Source: Gammaproteobacteria bacterium
GTDB lineage: Bacteria > Pseudomonadota > Gammaproteobacteria > Magnimaribacterales > D2472
DNA length: 51,557 nt
NCBI GenBank assembly: GCA_008080945.1
Contig: VMDH01000027.1
Span: 1-51,557, forward strand
Reading direction: 5' to 3'
The notes beneath the pieces are model-generated. The model saw only the letters and a program-made list of their open reading frames with translations. It ran no database searches and had not been told where the DNA came from. The translations under genes and the position numbers were made by a program. This document shows positions 1 to 12,503 of this stretch, piece after piece; positions within the stretch are counted from its first letter, which is position 1, and every line of letters begins with the position of its first letter.

Positions 1-693
1 AAGTTTGGAGAGTTGCAAGGCCATCCTCACATCAATAATCCCAATATTAAGCATCCAAAGATTTTTGAGTTGGCCGCATCATCTGGAGGGATTGCAGATG
101 AGTGGCATACTGACCTAACCTTCCAAGAGCAACCCGCGCTTTTATCGATCCTACATATGGTAGAAGTTCCATCCGTTGGAGGGGATACTATGTGGACCGA
201 TTTAGTTGCTGCCTTTAAGGCATTATCAAAACCCATTCAGGACATGTGCATCGGACTTTCAGCCTTGCACGACGCTGCGCCTCATTTGCATCCTGAAAAA
301 ATGACTATACATCCCGTAGTTAGAAAACATCCGGATACCAATGAACCAGTGCTCTACGTTAATGAGCACTTTACTAGGAGAATAGTCGAGCTTGGGCACG
401 AGGAAAGTGAGCATCTCTTAAGTTTCCTAACTTCGTGGGTTCAAAAACCTGAGTTTTTAGTCAGATATAAGTGGCAAAAGAATACTATTGCCATGTGGGA
501 TAACCGAGCTACCCAACATTATGTAGTCAATAATTTTGAGGGCGAAAGAATTATTCAAAGAGTTACAGTAACAGGAGATAAGGTCGAGCCGTTTGGTAAA
601 TTGGACTACGATGCTTGGAATGCTGAGGGAAAGTTTTCTGCTAAAAGCAGATACGATTTCCAGTTAATGGGTTACTTAGATTCTCAAAAATAG
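1..693 (+). CDS. TauD/TfdA-family Fe(II)/2-oxoglutarate dioxygenase (5'-truncated by the window edge)
   Basis: Frame is open from base 1 (KFGELQGHP...). Has WHTDLTF (HxD), GGDT, HPVVRKHPDT and WDNRATQH motifs. Confidence 0.88.
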   Translation, partial: KFGELQGHPHINNPNIKHPKIFELAASSGGIADEWHTDLTFQEQPALLSILHMVEVPSVGGDTMWTDLVAAFKALSKPIQDMCIGLSALHDAAPHLHPEKMTIHPVVRKHPDTNEPVLYVNEHFTRRIVELGHEESEHLLSFLTSWVQKPEFLVRYKWQKNTIAMWDNRATQHYVVNNFEGERIIQRVTVTGDKVEPFGKLDYDAWNAEGKFSAKSRYDFQLMGYLDSQK

Positions 694-791
694 AATAATC
701 GTAGTATGAATATATTGCCCACTAGCAATTCTTTTCTATCTCCTTAATATAACTTCAGTCGTAATTAGAAAATTTAATTTAAGGATAAAGC

Positions 792-2090
792 ATGATTCAA
801 TCCTCCTTCACTCTTCCCTGCGGACAAACTATTAAAAATAGGGTCTGCAAAGCTGCCATGACCGAAAGAATTGCTAAAGGCGATAACCTTGCGCATCAAG
901 GACACATCAATTTATACAACACTTGGGCAGATGGTGATGTAGGTATTTTGTTAACTGGGAATGTTCAAGTTGATCGTCGCAACATCGAAGGCCCTGCCAA
1001 TGTAGTGATTGATCAATCAAATTATCATCTGCAAATGGACACTCTCAAACAATGGGCTGCGGCAGGAACCAAGGACAATACTCAGCTGTGGATGCAAATT
1101 TCGCACGCTGGCAGACAAACTCCTGGTGAAATTAATTCCACCCCACAGGCTCCTTCAGATATTGGATTAAAAATTCCTGGCAGAAATTTTGGTAAACCTA
1201 AGCCCATGACTGAGGAGGAAATTCTAGAACTTATTGATCGCTTTGTTTTTACAGCAACTGTGGCAAGAGATGCTGGATTTACAGGAGTTCAATTCCATTC
1301 CGCTCATGGTTATCTGCTATCAGAGTTTTTATCTCCTGATATTAATACTAGAACAGATGCCTGGGGAGGTTCTTTAGAGAATAGAACTAGGATTCATTTA
1401 GAAATCATTAAAAAATGCAGAGAGGTGGTGGGTTCAGATTTCCCAATTTCCATCAAATTAAATTCTGCGGATTTTCAAAAAGGTGGTTTTTCTGCTGAAG
1501 AAAGTATTCAAGTAGCAAAAATGTTTGAACAAGCAGGAGTTGATTTATTAGAAATATCTGGGGGCACCTACGAACAGCCTAAATTAATTGGTGCTGATAA
1601 CATCAGTATCAATCCTGATAGAAGTGAAGTTAGAAAAGATAGTACTATCGCTAGAGAGGCTTATTTCTTAGATTACGCTGCAAATATAAGAGCAGCTGTG
1701 GAAATGCCGTTGATGGTAACAGGCGGCTTTCGAACTCGAGAAGGGATGCAAAAAGCATTGGAGAGCGGAATCTGCCAGGTTGTGGGCATTGGCAGACCCA
1801 TGTGTGCAGACCCTCATTGTATGAAGAAGTTATTCAGTGGAGAAATCGATTCTCTTCCAAGCTTTGAAAAAACTCTCTCTCTAGGTCCTTGGATATTTTC
1901 TCCTAACAGTCCTTTTACGCTCATTCAGGCAATTAATGCTTTTGGAGCAATGGCTTGGTTTTATCAACAAATTAAAGAAATGTCTGCAGGAAGAATGCCA
2001 GATTTGGACAAAAAGCTTTTACAAGCATTTTTGGCTGACACTAAAGCTGACAAACTAGCAGTGCAAGATTATCTAAACCATCAAAGTTAG
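792..2090 (+). CDS. NADH:flavin oxidoreductase, Old Yellow Enzyme family
   Basis: QISHAGRQ, GVQFHSAHGYLLSEFLSP, WGGSLENR and GIGRP motifs. AAGGA RBS upstream. Confidence 0.9.
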   Translation: MIQSSFTLPCGQTIKNRVCKAAMTERIAKGDNLAHQGHINLYNTWADGDVGILLTGNVQVDRRNIEGPANVVIDQSNYHLQMDTLKQWAAAGTKDNTQLWMQISHAGRQTPGEINSTPQAPSDIGLKIPGRNFGKPKPMTEEEILELIDRFVFTATVARDAGFTGVQFHSAHGYLLSEFLSPDINTRTDAWGGSLENRTRIHLEIIKKCREVVGSDFPISIKLNSADFQKGGFSAEESIQVAKMFEQAGVDLLEISGGTYEQPKLIGADNISINPDRSEVRKDSTIAREAYFLDYAANIRAAVEMPLMVTGGFRTREGMQKALESGICQVVGIGRPMCADPHCMKKLFSGEIDSLPSFEKTLSLGPWIFSPNSPFTLIQAINAFGAMAWFYQQIKEMSAGRMPDLDKKLLQAFLADTKADKLAVQDYLNHQS

Positions 2091-2093
2091 CAA

Positions 2094-2834
2094 ATGACCG
2101 AATTAGAGATCATTGTTATTTTCTCATTGATCTCTTTCATTACTTCTTTCATCACATCGGTTGCAAGTGTTGGAGGCGGGATGATTATGCTCGCTAGTTT
2201 GGGGCAGTTTTTTTCTCCGAGCGTTTTAATTCCATTGCATGCATTGATCCAAGTTTCCAATAACTTGTCACGCGCTTATTTGTTCAGAAAACATATTATT
2301 GTTGGACTATTTAAAACAGTCGCTATTGGAAGCGCTATAGGCTCAGTTCTAGGAGTTTTATTTTTTTCTTTAGTTCCTGAAGAAATCATACTTGCATTAA
2401 TTGGCATATTTATTCTCTGGATGCTTTTTTTTAAAGCTTCCTTGAAAGCTGTCACCAATAATCTTTCCGATGCCTTTTGTGGTGTTCTTGCAGCTGCTGT
2501 TGGAATGGTCGTAGGTGCAAATGGGCCCGTAGTTTCCGCCTTTTTAGCTACCAAAGATATGGATTCTAAAGAGCTGATTGCTACTCATGGCGCCATTATG
2601 GTTTGCCAGCACTTATTTAAAATTATTGCCTTTATAACTGTTTTCCAATTCTTACTAGTAGATTTCCTATTATTAATAGTGTGCACCACGCTGACAGGAT
2701 TTTTGGGAGCCTGGGTTGCAAGATCGTTCTTAGACAAGATTCCTCAAAAAGTTTTTGATCTTGGTTTAAAAACTCTCTTATTTGCTTTGGCAGTCACTAT
2801 GATTATTAGAGGCGCTGGACTAGAACTCATTTAA
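2094..2834 (+). CDS. TauE/SafE-family (TSUP) membrane transporter, putative sulfite exporter
   Basis: 246 aa, multi-TM, with N-terminal SVGGG and internal GANGP motifs. Confidence 0.75.
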   Translation: MTELEIIVIFSLISFITSFITSVASVGGGMIMLASLGQFFSPSVLIPLHALIQVSNNLSRAYLFRKHIIVGLFKTVAIGSAIGSVLGVLFFSLVPEEIILALIGIFILWMLFFKASLKAVTNNLSDAFCGVLAAAVGMVVGANGPVVSAFLATKDMDSKELIATHGAIMVCQHLFKIIAFITVFQFLLVDFLLLIVCTTLTGFLGAWVARSFLDKIPQKVFDLGLKTLLFALAVTMIIRGAGLELI

Positions 2835-2840
2835 ATATAT

Positions 2841-3734
2841 TTATTTTCTAAAAGTATCTTTAAAAATATCTAGTAAAAGCATTACATTCTCATGGCCTGC
2901 ATAATTTTCTCTACAGATTAAAGCAATCTCTCTATGTGGACCGGGCTCATTGAGATGAGAAATATATAAATTTTTCTGATTACTTACTAAATCTTTAAGA
3001 GCCATTTGTGGAATAAGGGTTGTCCCCATTTTTCCTTTCACCAGTTGTATAAGAGTGTTCAGACTAGAAGCTTTTAATGAGTAACTTGTTTTGGAGGTTA
3101 TATTGCAGGCATCTAAGATATGATCTTTTAGACAATGTCCGTCTGCGAGGAGCATAAGCTTTGCATCCTCAAGCTCGGCTGCTTTAATTTCTGCCTTACC
3201 TGCATTGATATCTTTAGCATGAGAAACCCAGTAGAAATCTTCTTCCCAGAATTTATAACATTTTAGTTCACGAGTATCGTAGGGCAGGGCAAGTATTGCT
3301 ATATCTAGCTCCCCATCACTTACTTTCTGGACCAAGCTATTAGATTGGCTCTCTTCAATTTTGAGATTAATGGCTGGCAATTTTTTTTCTATCTTTGGTA
3401 GCATCAAAGGAAGAAAGTAAGGGCTGACAGTAGGAATGATCCCAAGAGAAATTGGCTGAGCATTAGAATAGCTTTGGGCTAAGTCATTGATACTATTGAC
3501 CTCTATTTTAATTAATTTTGCTTTTGCTAATATTTCTTTACCCAGGGTAGTGACAAGCACTTTTTTATTAGTTCGTTCAAAGATTTGGACGCCTAAGTGA
3601 CTTTCCAACTCAGTGATTGCGTTGCTTAGGGTTGAGGGAGAGATGAAGCACTCATCTGCAGCTTTCTTGAAGTGTAAATTTTTAGCAACCGCTAGAGCGT
3701 AGTCAATTTGTTTTAATGTAATCATATTGGCCAT
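2841..3734 (-). CDS. oxyR: OxyR, peroxide-sensing LysR regulator (start may be the ATG at 3725)
   Basis: LysR HTH. GHCLKDHILDAC has the C-x8-C redox pair. Divergent from katG. Confidence 0.88.
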   Translation of the reverse strand: MANMITLKQIDYALAVAKNLHFKKAADECFISPSTLSNAITELESHLGVQIFERTNKKVLVTTLGKEILAKAKLIKIEVNSINDLAQSYSNAQPISLGIIPTVSPYFLPLMLPKIEKKLPAINLKIEESQSNSLVQKVSDGELDIAILALPYDTRELKCYKFWEEDFYWVSHAKDINAGKAEIKAAELEDAKLMLLADGHCLKDHILDACNITSKTSYSLKASSLNTLIQLVKGKMGTTLIPQMALKDLVSNQKNLYISHLNEPGPHREIALICRENYAGHENVMLLLDIFKDTFRK

Positions 3735-3751
3735 TTTATCATTGATAAAAT
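3733..3751. promoter_or_regulatory. Perfect 9-1-9 palindrome ATTTTATCA-T-TGATAAAAT, probable OxyR/LysR site
   Basis: Inverted repeat containing a T-N11-A core at the oxyR start, in the oxyR-katG spacer. Confidence 0.55.
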
Positions 3752-3803
3752 CGAATATAACATTCTAAATTATTATATTTACCAAAACATATAAAATTTG
3801 TAA

Positions 3804-5975
<2,172 letters not shown>

Positions 5976-5998
5976 AAACTAAAGTTTCTAACTTTTAT

Positions 5999-6027
5999 AT
6001 AAGGGCCCATCTGGGCCCTTATTTTTT
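5999..6027 (+). terminator. Intrinsic terminator after katG
   Basis: ATAAGGGCCC-ATCT-GGGCCCTTAT hairpin followed by a T-run. Confidence 0.85.
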
Positions 6028-6068
6028 GCCAACTTTGATGAAATGACATTGTCTTGTATTATGCAATT

Positions 6069-6548
6069 ATGAAGATCGCAATTTATCCTGGTTCATTTGA
6101 TCCGCTGACATTTGGTCATATAGATATTCTTGAGAGAGCAGCATCTCTATTTGATAAAGTGATTGTCGGAGTTGCAGAGAGCAAAGCAAAGAAACCTCTT
6201 TTCACAGTTGATGAGAGGCTGGCCTTGATTGATGAAATGTTTGCAGATAATGACAAGATTGAAAGTTTAGGCTATTCAGAAAAGCTCACCGTAGATCTTG
6301 CTAGAGAAAATAATGCTATTGCCATCATAAGAGGGTTGAGAGCTGTTGCTGATTTTGAGTATGAATTTCAGTTAGCAACTATGAATAGATCTCTTGCACC
6401 GGATATTGAAAGTATATTCTTTACACCTAAAGATACTTTAATTTATGTTTCTTCAAGCTTGGTAAAAGAGATCGCACAATTCGGAGGCGATGTTACCCGA
6501 TTTGTTCCCAAGCATGTCGTTAGCGCCTTAGAGAAGAAATTTACCTAA
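6069..6548 (+). CDS. coaD: Phosphopantetheine adenylyltransferase
   Basis: YPGSFDPLTFGH, RGLR and SSSLVKE motifs. ATG at 6069 preferred over the TTG at 6054. Confidence 0.95.
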   Translation: MKIAIYPGSFDPLTFGHIDILERAASLFDKVIVGVAESKAKKPLFTVDERLALIDEMFADNDKIESLGYSEKLTVDLARENNAIAIIRGLRAVADFEYEFQLATMNRSLAPDIESIFFTPKDTLIYVSSSLVKEIAQFGGDVTRFVPKHVVSALEKKFT

Positions 6549-7356
6549 GTTTTTGGCATTTGTTGCATAGAAAGCTTGCTCTTTGCCCAACCACTATTCT
6601 ACTAATTGAGTTTGCACAGTTAGGACAAGGCTGATTATCATTTCCATAAACTTTGAGCTTAATTTTAAAATACCCTTTATTACCTTCTGGACTATAAAAG
6701 TCCTTTAATGTGGTGCCCCCCAAGGCTATGGCTTTCTTTAATACTTGTTTAATGGCTTTCACTAGTTTATCTATCTCAGTATTTTTTAACTTATTGCCTG
6801 ATGTCATCGGATGAACATTTGAGATAAACAGAGCTTCATTAGCATAAATATTCCCAACGCCAACAACCACGTGTTGGTTCATGATTAAATTTTTAATGGC
6901 TGCATTAGATTTAGAGATTTTTTCTTGTAAGTAGCTTGCACTAAAATTAGTTGATAAAGGTTCTGGACCAAGTTGTCTATCAAAATCTCTATAGGCTTCT
7001 TTGCTTAAGATTTTAAAATAACCAAACTTCCGAGTATCGTTAAATACGATGCTCTTGTCTTGGAAATGAAAGACTATATGGTCATGTTTTTCTATCCTAT
7101 TGCTGCTTGCTTCTTGGATGCGTAATGTCCCGGTCATACCTAAATGCAACAAATGAAAGAAATCTGAAAATTCTAGGACAATACATTTTGCTCTCCTAAA
7201 TATCTTTTCAACTACAAGGTTCTCTAATGCATGAATATTTTTAGTATCTAATTTCCAACGTAAGTGGGGGTTGGTAACTGAAATATTTTTTAGGATCTTG
7301 CCTTCAAAACCCTTTAAAGCTCTAACAGAAGTTTCTACTTCTGGAAGCTCAGGCAT
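6541..7356 (-). CDS. mutM: Formamidopyrimidine-DNA glycosylase
   Basis: N-terminal PELPEVE, HLGMTG, GVGNIYANE, and C-terminal CPNC...CNKC zinc finger. Confidence 0.95.
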   Translation of the reverse strand: MPELPEVETSVRALKGFEGKILKNISVTNPHLRWKLDTKNIHALENLVVEKIFRRAKCIVLEFSDFFHLLHLGMTGTLRIQEASSNRIEKHDHIVFHFQDKSIVFNDTRKFGYFKILSKEAYRDFDRQLGPEPLSTNFSASYLQEKISKSNAAIKNLIMNQHVVVGVGNIYANEALFISNVHPMTSGNKLKNTEIDKLVKAIKQVLKKAIALGGTTLKDFYSPEGNKGYFKIKLKVYGNDNQPCPNCANSISRIVVGQRASFLCNKCQKLR

Positions 7357-8687
7357 TATCCTAGAAGATTGTTTATTTCTACAAGATTTTGGGGTTGCAA
7401 GGTTCCTGCAGCTAAGTGAAGTCTGAGGATAGATAACAAATAATCATACTTAGCATTGGCAAGGTTCTTTTCTGCAGAATAAAGGCTTTTTTCTGCTTGC
7501 AAAAGGTCCACAATATTTCTGGTGCCAACCTCGTAACCTACTCTGGTTGCCTCTAAGGCAGTGGTCGCTGAAATGACTGCTTGTTTTTGGGCTTTGAGAT
7601 TAGCCACCAATGTGACCACGTTTGAATACTGGGATCTAGTTTCTTGGATTACAGATCTTTCTGCAAACACGGCATCTTGTTCTGCTTGATTAAAACTTGC
7701 GTAGGCTTGTTTTCTTCTGGAATTAACAGCTCCACCTTGAAATATCGGAACGCTCCATTGCAATGCATAATTTTCTCTTTGTGTGACATCTGGAACTGTT
7801 ATTTGGAAGCTCCCTGTATTTAGCCCATCAAAGGAATATTGATTTGTTTCAGATTCTGATTTACTGGCAACAATATCTATTTTGGGTAAGTGATTGGAAG
7901 CTGCGCCGCGTGCTGCATTTTTTGCTGCTAACTTTCGCATTTGTGCTGCTTGGAGTCTAAAATTATTTTCCAGAGCTTTGCTGACCCATTCATCCTTATC
8001 TGCGGGCACTGGATTTTGGACATTTAACTCATTAACTAAACCATCAATAGAGAAAATCTCTCTACCAACAATGGCATTCAATGCCTCTCTGGCAGTATAG
8101 ATTGCTCCCTCAGCTCTTATTTTTGCTGCAAGGCTTAAATCATATGCCAGTTGAGCTTCTTGGACCTCTGTTACTGCAGATAAGCCAACTTCATATCTTT
8201 GTTTAGTTTGTTCTAGTTGCCTTTGTATGGCTTTTTCTTCTGACAATGCTGCACTTAAGTTATCTATAGAACGTAATACATTAAAGTAGGCCTCAGCTGT
8301 TCTTACAATTAGGGACTGCTGATTAAAGGCAAAATCTGCTTCAGATGCATCGGTTAAAAGTTTAGAGCGCTTATACCCAAACCATGTATCTAGTCGAAAA
8401 AGTGGTTGAGATAGTCTGGCCTGCGAAGAAAAATTATTGTATTCGTTTTGCAAGACATCATCTTCGTAGTATTCGTTCCAATTTGTTTGTCCTGAAAGTT
8501 GGATATTAGGAAGTAATTGAGCCCTGCCTTGAACTGCTATTTCTTTGTCAGCAAGGAATGAGTACTCAGCAGCTTTATACTGAGCATCATTTTCTAATGC
8601 TTCGTTATAGATATCTAGCAGGTTTTCAGCATGCAGACTGCTGACCAGAGAAAATAAGAATAGAAATTTTAACGACTGTATTTTCAA
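7356..8687 (-). CDS. tolC: TolC-family outer-membrane channel
   Basis: Signal peptide then ENLLDIY. GYEVGTRNIVDLL motif. Divergent from thiC as in other gammaproteobacteria. Confidence 0.9.
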   Translation of the reverse strand: MKIQSLKFLFLFSLVSSLHAENLLDIYNEALENDAQYKAAEYSFLADKEIAVQGRAQLLPNIQLSGQTNWNEYYEDDVLQNEYNNFSSQARLSQPLFRLDTWFGYKRSKLLTDASEADFAFNQQSLIVRTAEAYFNVLRSIDNLSAALSEEKAIQRQLEQTKQRYEVGLSAVTEVQEAQLAYDLSLAAKIRAEGAIYTAREALNAIVGREIFSIDGLVNELNVQNPVPADKDEWVSKALENNFRLQAAQMRKLAAKNAARGAASNHLPKIDIVASKSESETNQYSFDGLNTGSFQITVPDVTQRENYALQWSVPIFQGGAVNSRRKQAYASFNQAEQDAVFAERSVIQETRSQYSNVVTLVANLKAQKQAVISATTALEATRVGYEVGTRNIVDLLQAEKSLYSAEKNLANAKYDYLLSILRLHLAAGTLQPQNLVEINNLLG

Positions 8688-8691
8688 ACAA

Positions 8692-8811
8692 TTACACCTT
8701 AGTTAACTGAAAAAATATCACTAATACCATGTTAAACGATAACAGGATTGAACTAAATAAAACCAGTTCTTTATTTTTAGTAGACAATTTTTTGCTGATA
8801 AAGTTTTTCAT
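8692..8811 (-). CDS. Unannotated 39-aa single-pass membrane microprotein (MKNFISKKLSTKNKELVLFSSILLSFNMVLVIFFQLTKV)
   Basis: Hand-translated from ATG at 8811 to TAA at 8692. GGA lies 6 nt upstream of the ATG. Fills the space between the promoter and tolC. Lys-rich N-terminus plus a 19-aa hydrophobic run. Below the ORF-track size cutoff. Confidence 0.65.
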   Translation of the reverse strand: MKNFISKKLSTKNKELVLFSSILLSFNMVLVIFFQLTKV

Positions 8812-8830
8812 ATTTGATCCAAAGATGAGC

Positions 8831-8858
8831 ATCATATCTTAAATGTTTACACTGTCAA
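8831..8858 (-). promoter_or_regulatory. Sigma70 promoter TTGACA-N16-TATGAT pointing to microprotein-tolC
   Basis: Consensus -35 at 8858-8853 and near-consensus -10 at 8836-8831 on the minus strand. Confidence 0.7.
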
Positions 8859-8861
8859 CAT
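8843..8861. promoter_or_regulatory. TetR-type operator ATGTTTACA-C-TGTCAACAT overlapping the -35
   Basis: 19-bp near-perfect palindrome. Its reverse complement differs from 46280-46298 only at the central base. Confidence 0.75.
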
Positions 8862-8933
8862 CTGAATACAAACTTTACCCTTTTTAAATAGATAAATAGC
8901 CAATAGTAAGATCAAGAATGAGCTATAATTTGA

Positions 8934-10609
<1,676 letters not shown>

Positions 10610-10610
<1 letters not shown>

Positions 10611-12502
10611 TGGCAGCTGGAAACTACGATTCAAAATCTATTGAGGTTTTATCAGGGCTAGATCCGGTCAGAAAAAGACCGGGGATGTACACCGATACAT
10701 CAACTCCCAATCATTTGGTCCAAGAGGTTCTAGATAACTCAGTTGATGAAGCCTTAGCAGGCCATTGTTCCACTATAAAAATTAATCTTTTTAAGGATGG
10801 ATCCATAGAGGTTTCTGATGACGGCAGAGGCATGCCCACTGACATCCACCCTGAGCATCAAGTGTCAGGGGTGGAACTAATATTGTGCAAATTACATGCA
10901 GGAGCAAAATTTTCTGGAGAAGACTATAACTTTTCAGGCGGCTTACATGGTGTTGGGGTATCGGTAGTTAACGCGCTATCCAAAAGCCTTATAGTCACTG
11001 TAAAAAGAAATGCACAGGAACTTCAGATGGAGTTTGCTGGTGGTGAAAAAACCAAAGATTTAGTTGAAATTGGAACAGTTGGAGCGAGAAATACTGGAAC
11101 AAAAATATTATTTATTCCTGATGAGCAGTACTTTGAATCAACCAAGTTAAAAATAGCTGCTTTAAAGCATCTTCTTAAGGCCAAAGCAGTGCTATGCCCA
11201 GGTCTCAAGATCCAGTTCTTTGATGAACAGAAAGGTGAGAAAATTGAATGGGAATTTGAAAATGGTTTGGCTTCTTACTTAGCTGAATCTGAAGAATCAG
11301 ATAGCTTTCTTTTAAAAGAATCTGTGCATTGCTCCAAATTGGATAAAGAGAGCGGTCTAGATTTTATTATCAATTGGTCAGACACCAGTGTGAAAAATCC
11401 TATCAATGAAACTTACGTAAATCTAATTCCAACTGCCCAAGGCGGATCGCACCTGAGTGGGTTTAAAGCAGGCTTGCTTGATGCCTTAAAAGAATTTTGT
11501 GAATTTAGGAATTTGTTACCTAAGGGAGTCAAGTTAACCTCTGATGATACGATTGCAAATGCAAGCTTTGTAGTTTCATCTAAGCTAAAGAATCCTCAAT
11601 TTGCAGGACAAACTAAAGAACGTTTGGACTCGAAAGATCATCAATCTTTTGTTTCTGCAAGCGCTAAAGATTTCTTCAGCATTTGGTTGAATAAACACAC
11701 GGAAGAAGGAGAGTTAATTGCAGGCATTGCGATTAAGGCTGCTCAATCTAGATCTAAGGACTCCAAACAAGTTGAACGAAAAAAAGCTTATCAGGGGCCT
11801 GCCTTACCAGGAAAATTAGCAGACTGTAATAGCAATGAGTTAGATAAAACGGAATTGTTTTTAGTGGAGGGTGATTCTGCAGGAGGCTCTGCAAAGCAAG
11901 CAAGGGAGAGATCATTCCAAGCCATCATGCCTCTGAGAGGTAAAATCCTAAACACATGGGATCTTGAGAGCGATGAAATTTTGAAATCCCAAGAAATTAA
12001 AGATTTGGCCACTGCCATTGGGGTCAATCCAGGAAGCAACGAAATCAATAATCTACGCTATGGAAAAATATGCATCTTGGCTGATGCCGATTCAGATGGA
12101 TTGCATATCGCTACGCTTTTATGCGCTTTATTTTTAAGGCACTATCGCCCTTTGGTGGAAGCAGGACGCATTTATGTAGCTATGCCACCGCTTTATAGAA
12201 TAGATTGCGGTAAAGAAAAATTTTATGCACTGGACGAAAAAGAAAAGGATAGCCTGATTGATGAATTCAAGAAGAAGCAGGGCAAACCAAAAATAGATAT
12301 TCAGAGATTTAAAGGCCTTGGCGAGATGAACCCTAATCAACTTAGAGAAACTGTCATGGATAAAGCTACCCGAAGACTTGTGCAATTAACGATACAAGCC
12401 AAAGATAATGTTAATTCAACTATGGACTTACTTTTATCCAAAAAAAGAGCATCCGATAGGAAAACTTGGCTTGAGAAAAAAGGAAAAATAGCAACCCTGT
12501 GA
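10610..12502 (+). CDS. parE: DNA topoisomerase IV subunit B
   Basis: [20 protein letters not shown] (ParE type), [16 protein letters not shown] and DADSDG. Followed by parC. Confidence 0.95.
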
Positions 12503-12503
12503 T

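Noticed and set aside
714-740. ATTGC-CCACTA-GCAAT hairpin plus T-rich tail after tauD
   Set aside because: The 5-bp stem is too weak to call a terminator.
6054-6068. Extended starts given by the ORF track for coaD, and likewise argD, lptE, flavin reductase and 50494
   Set aside because: Downstream ATGs fit family N-termini or RBS positions better.
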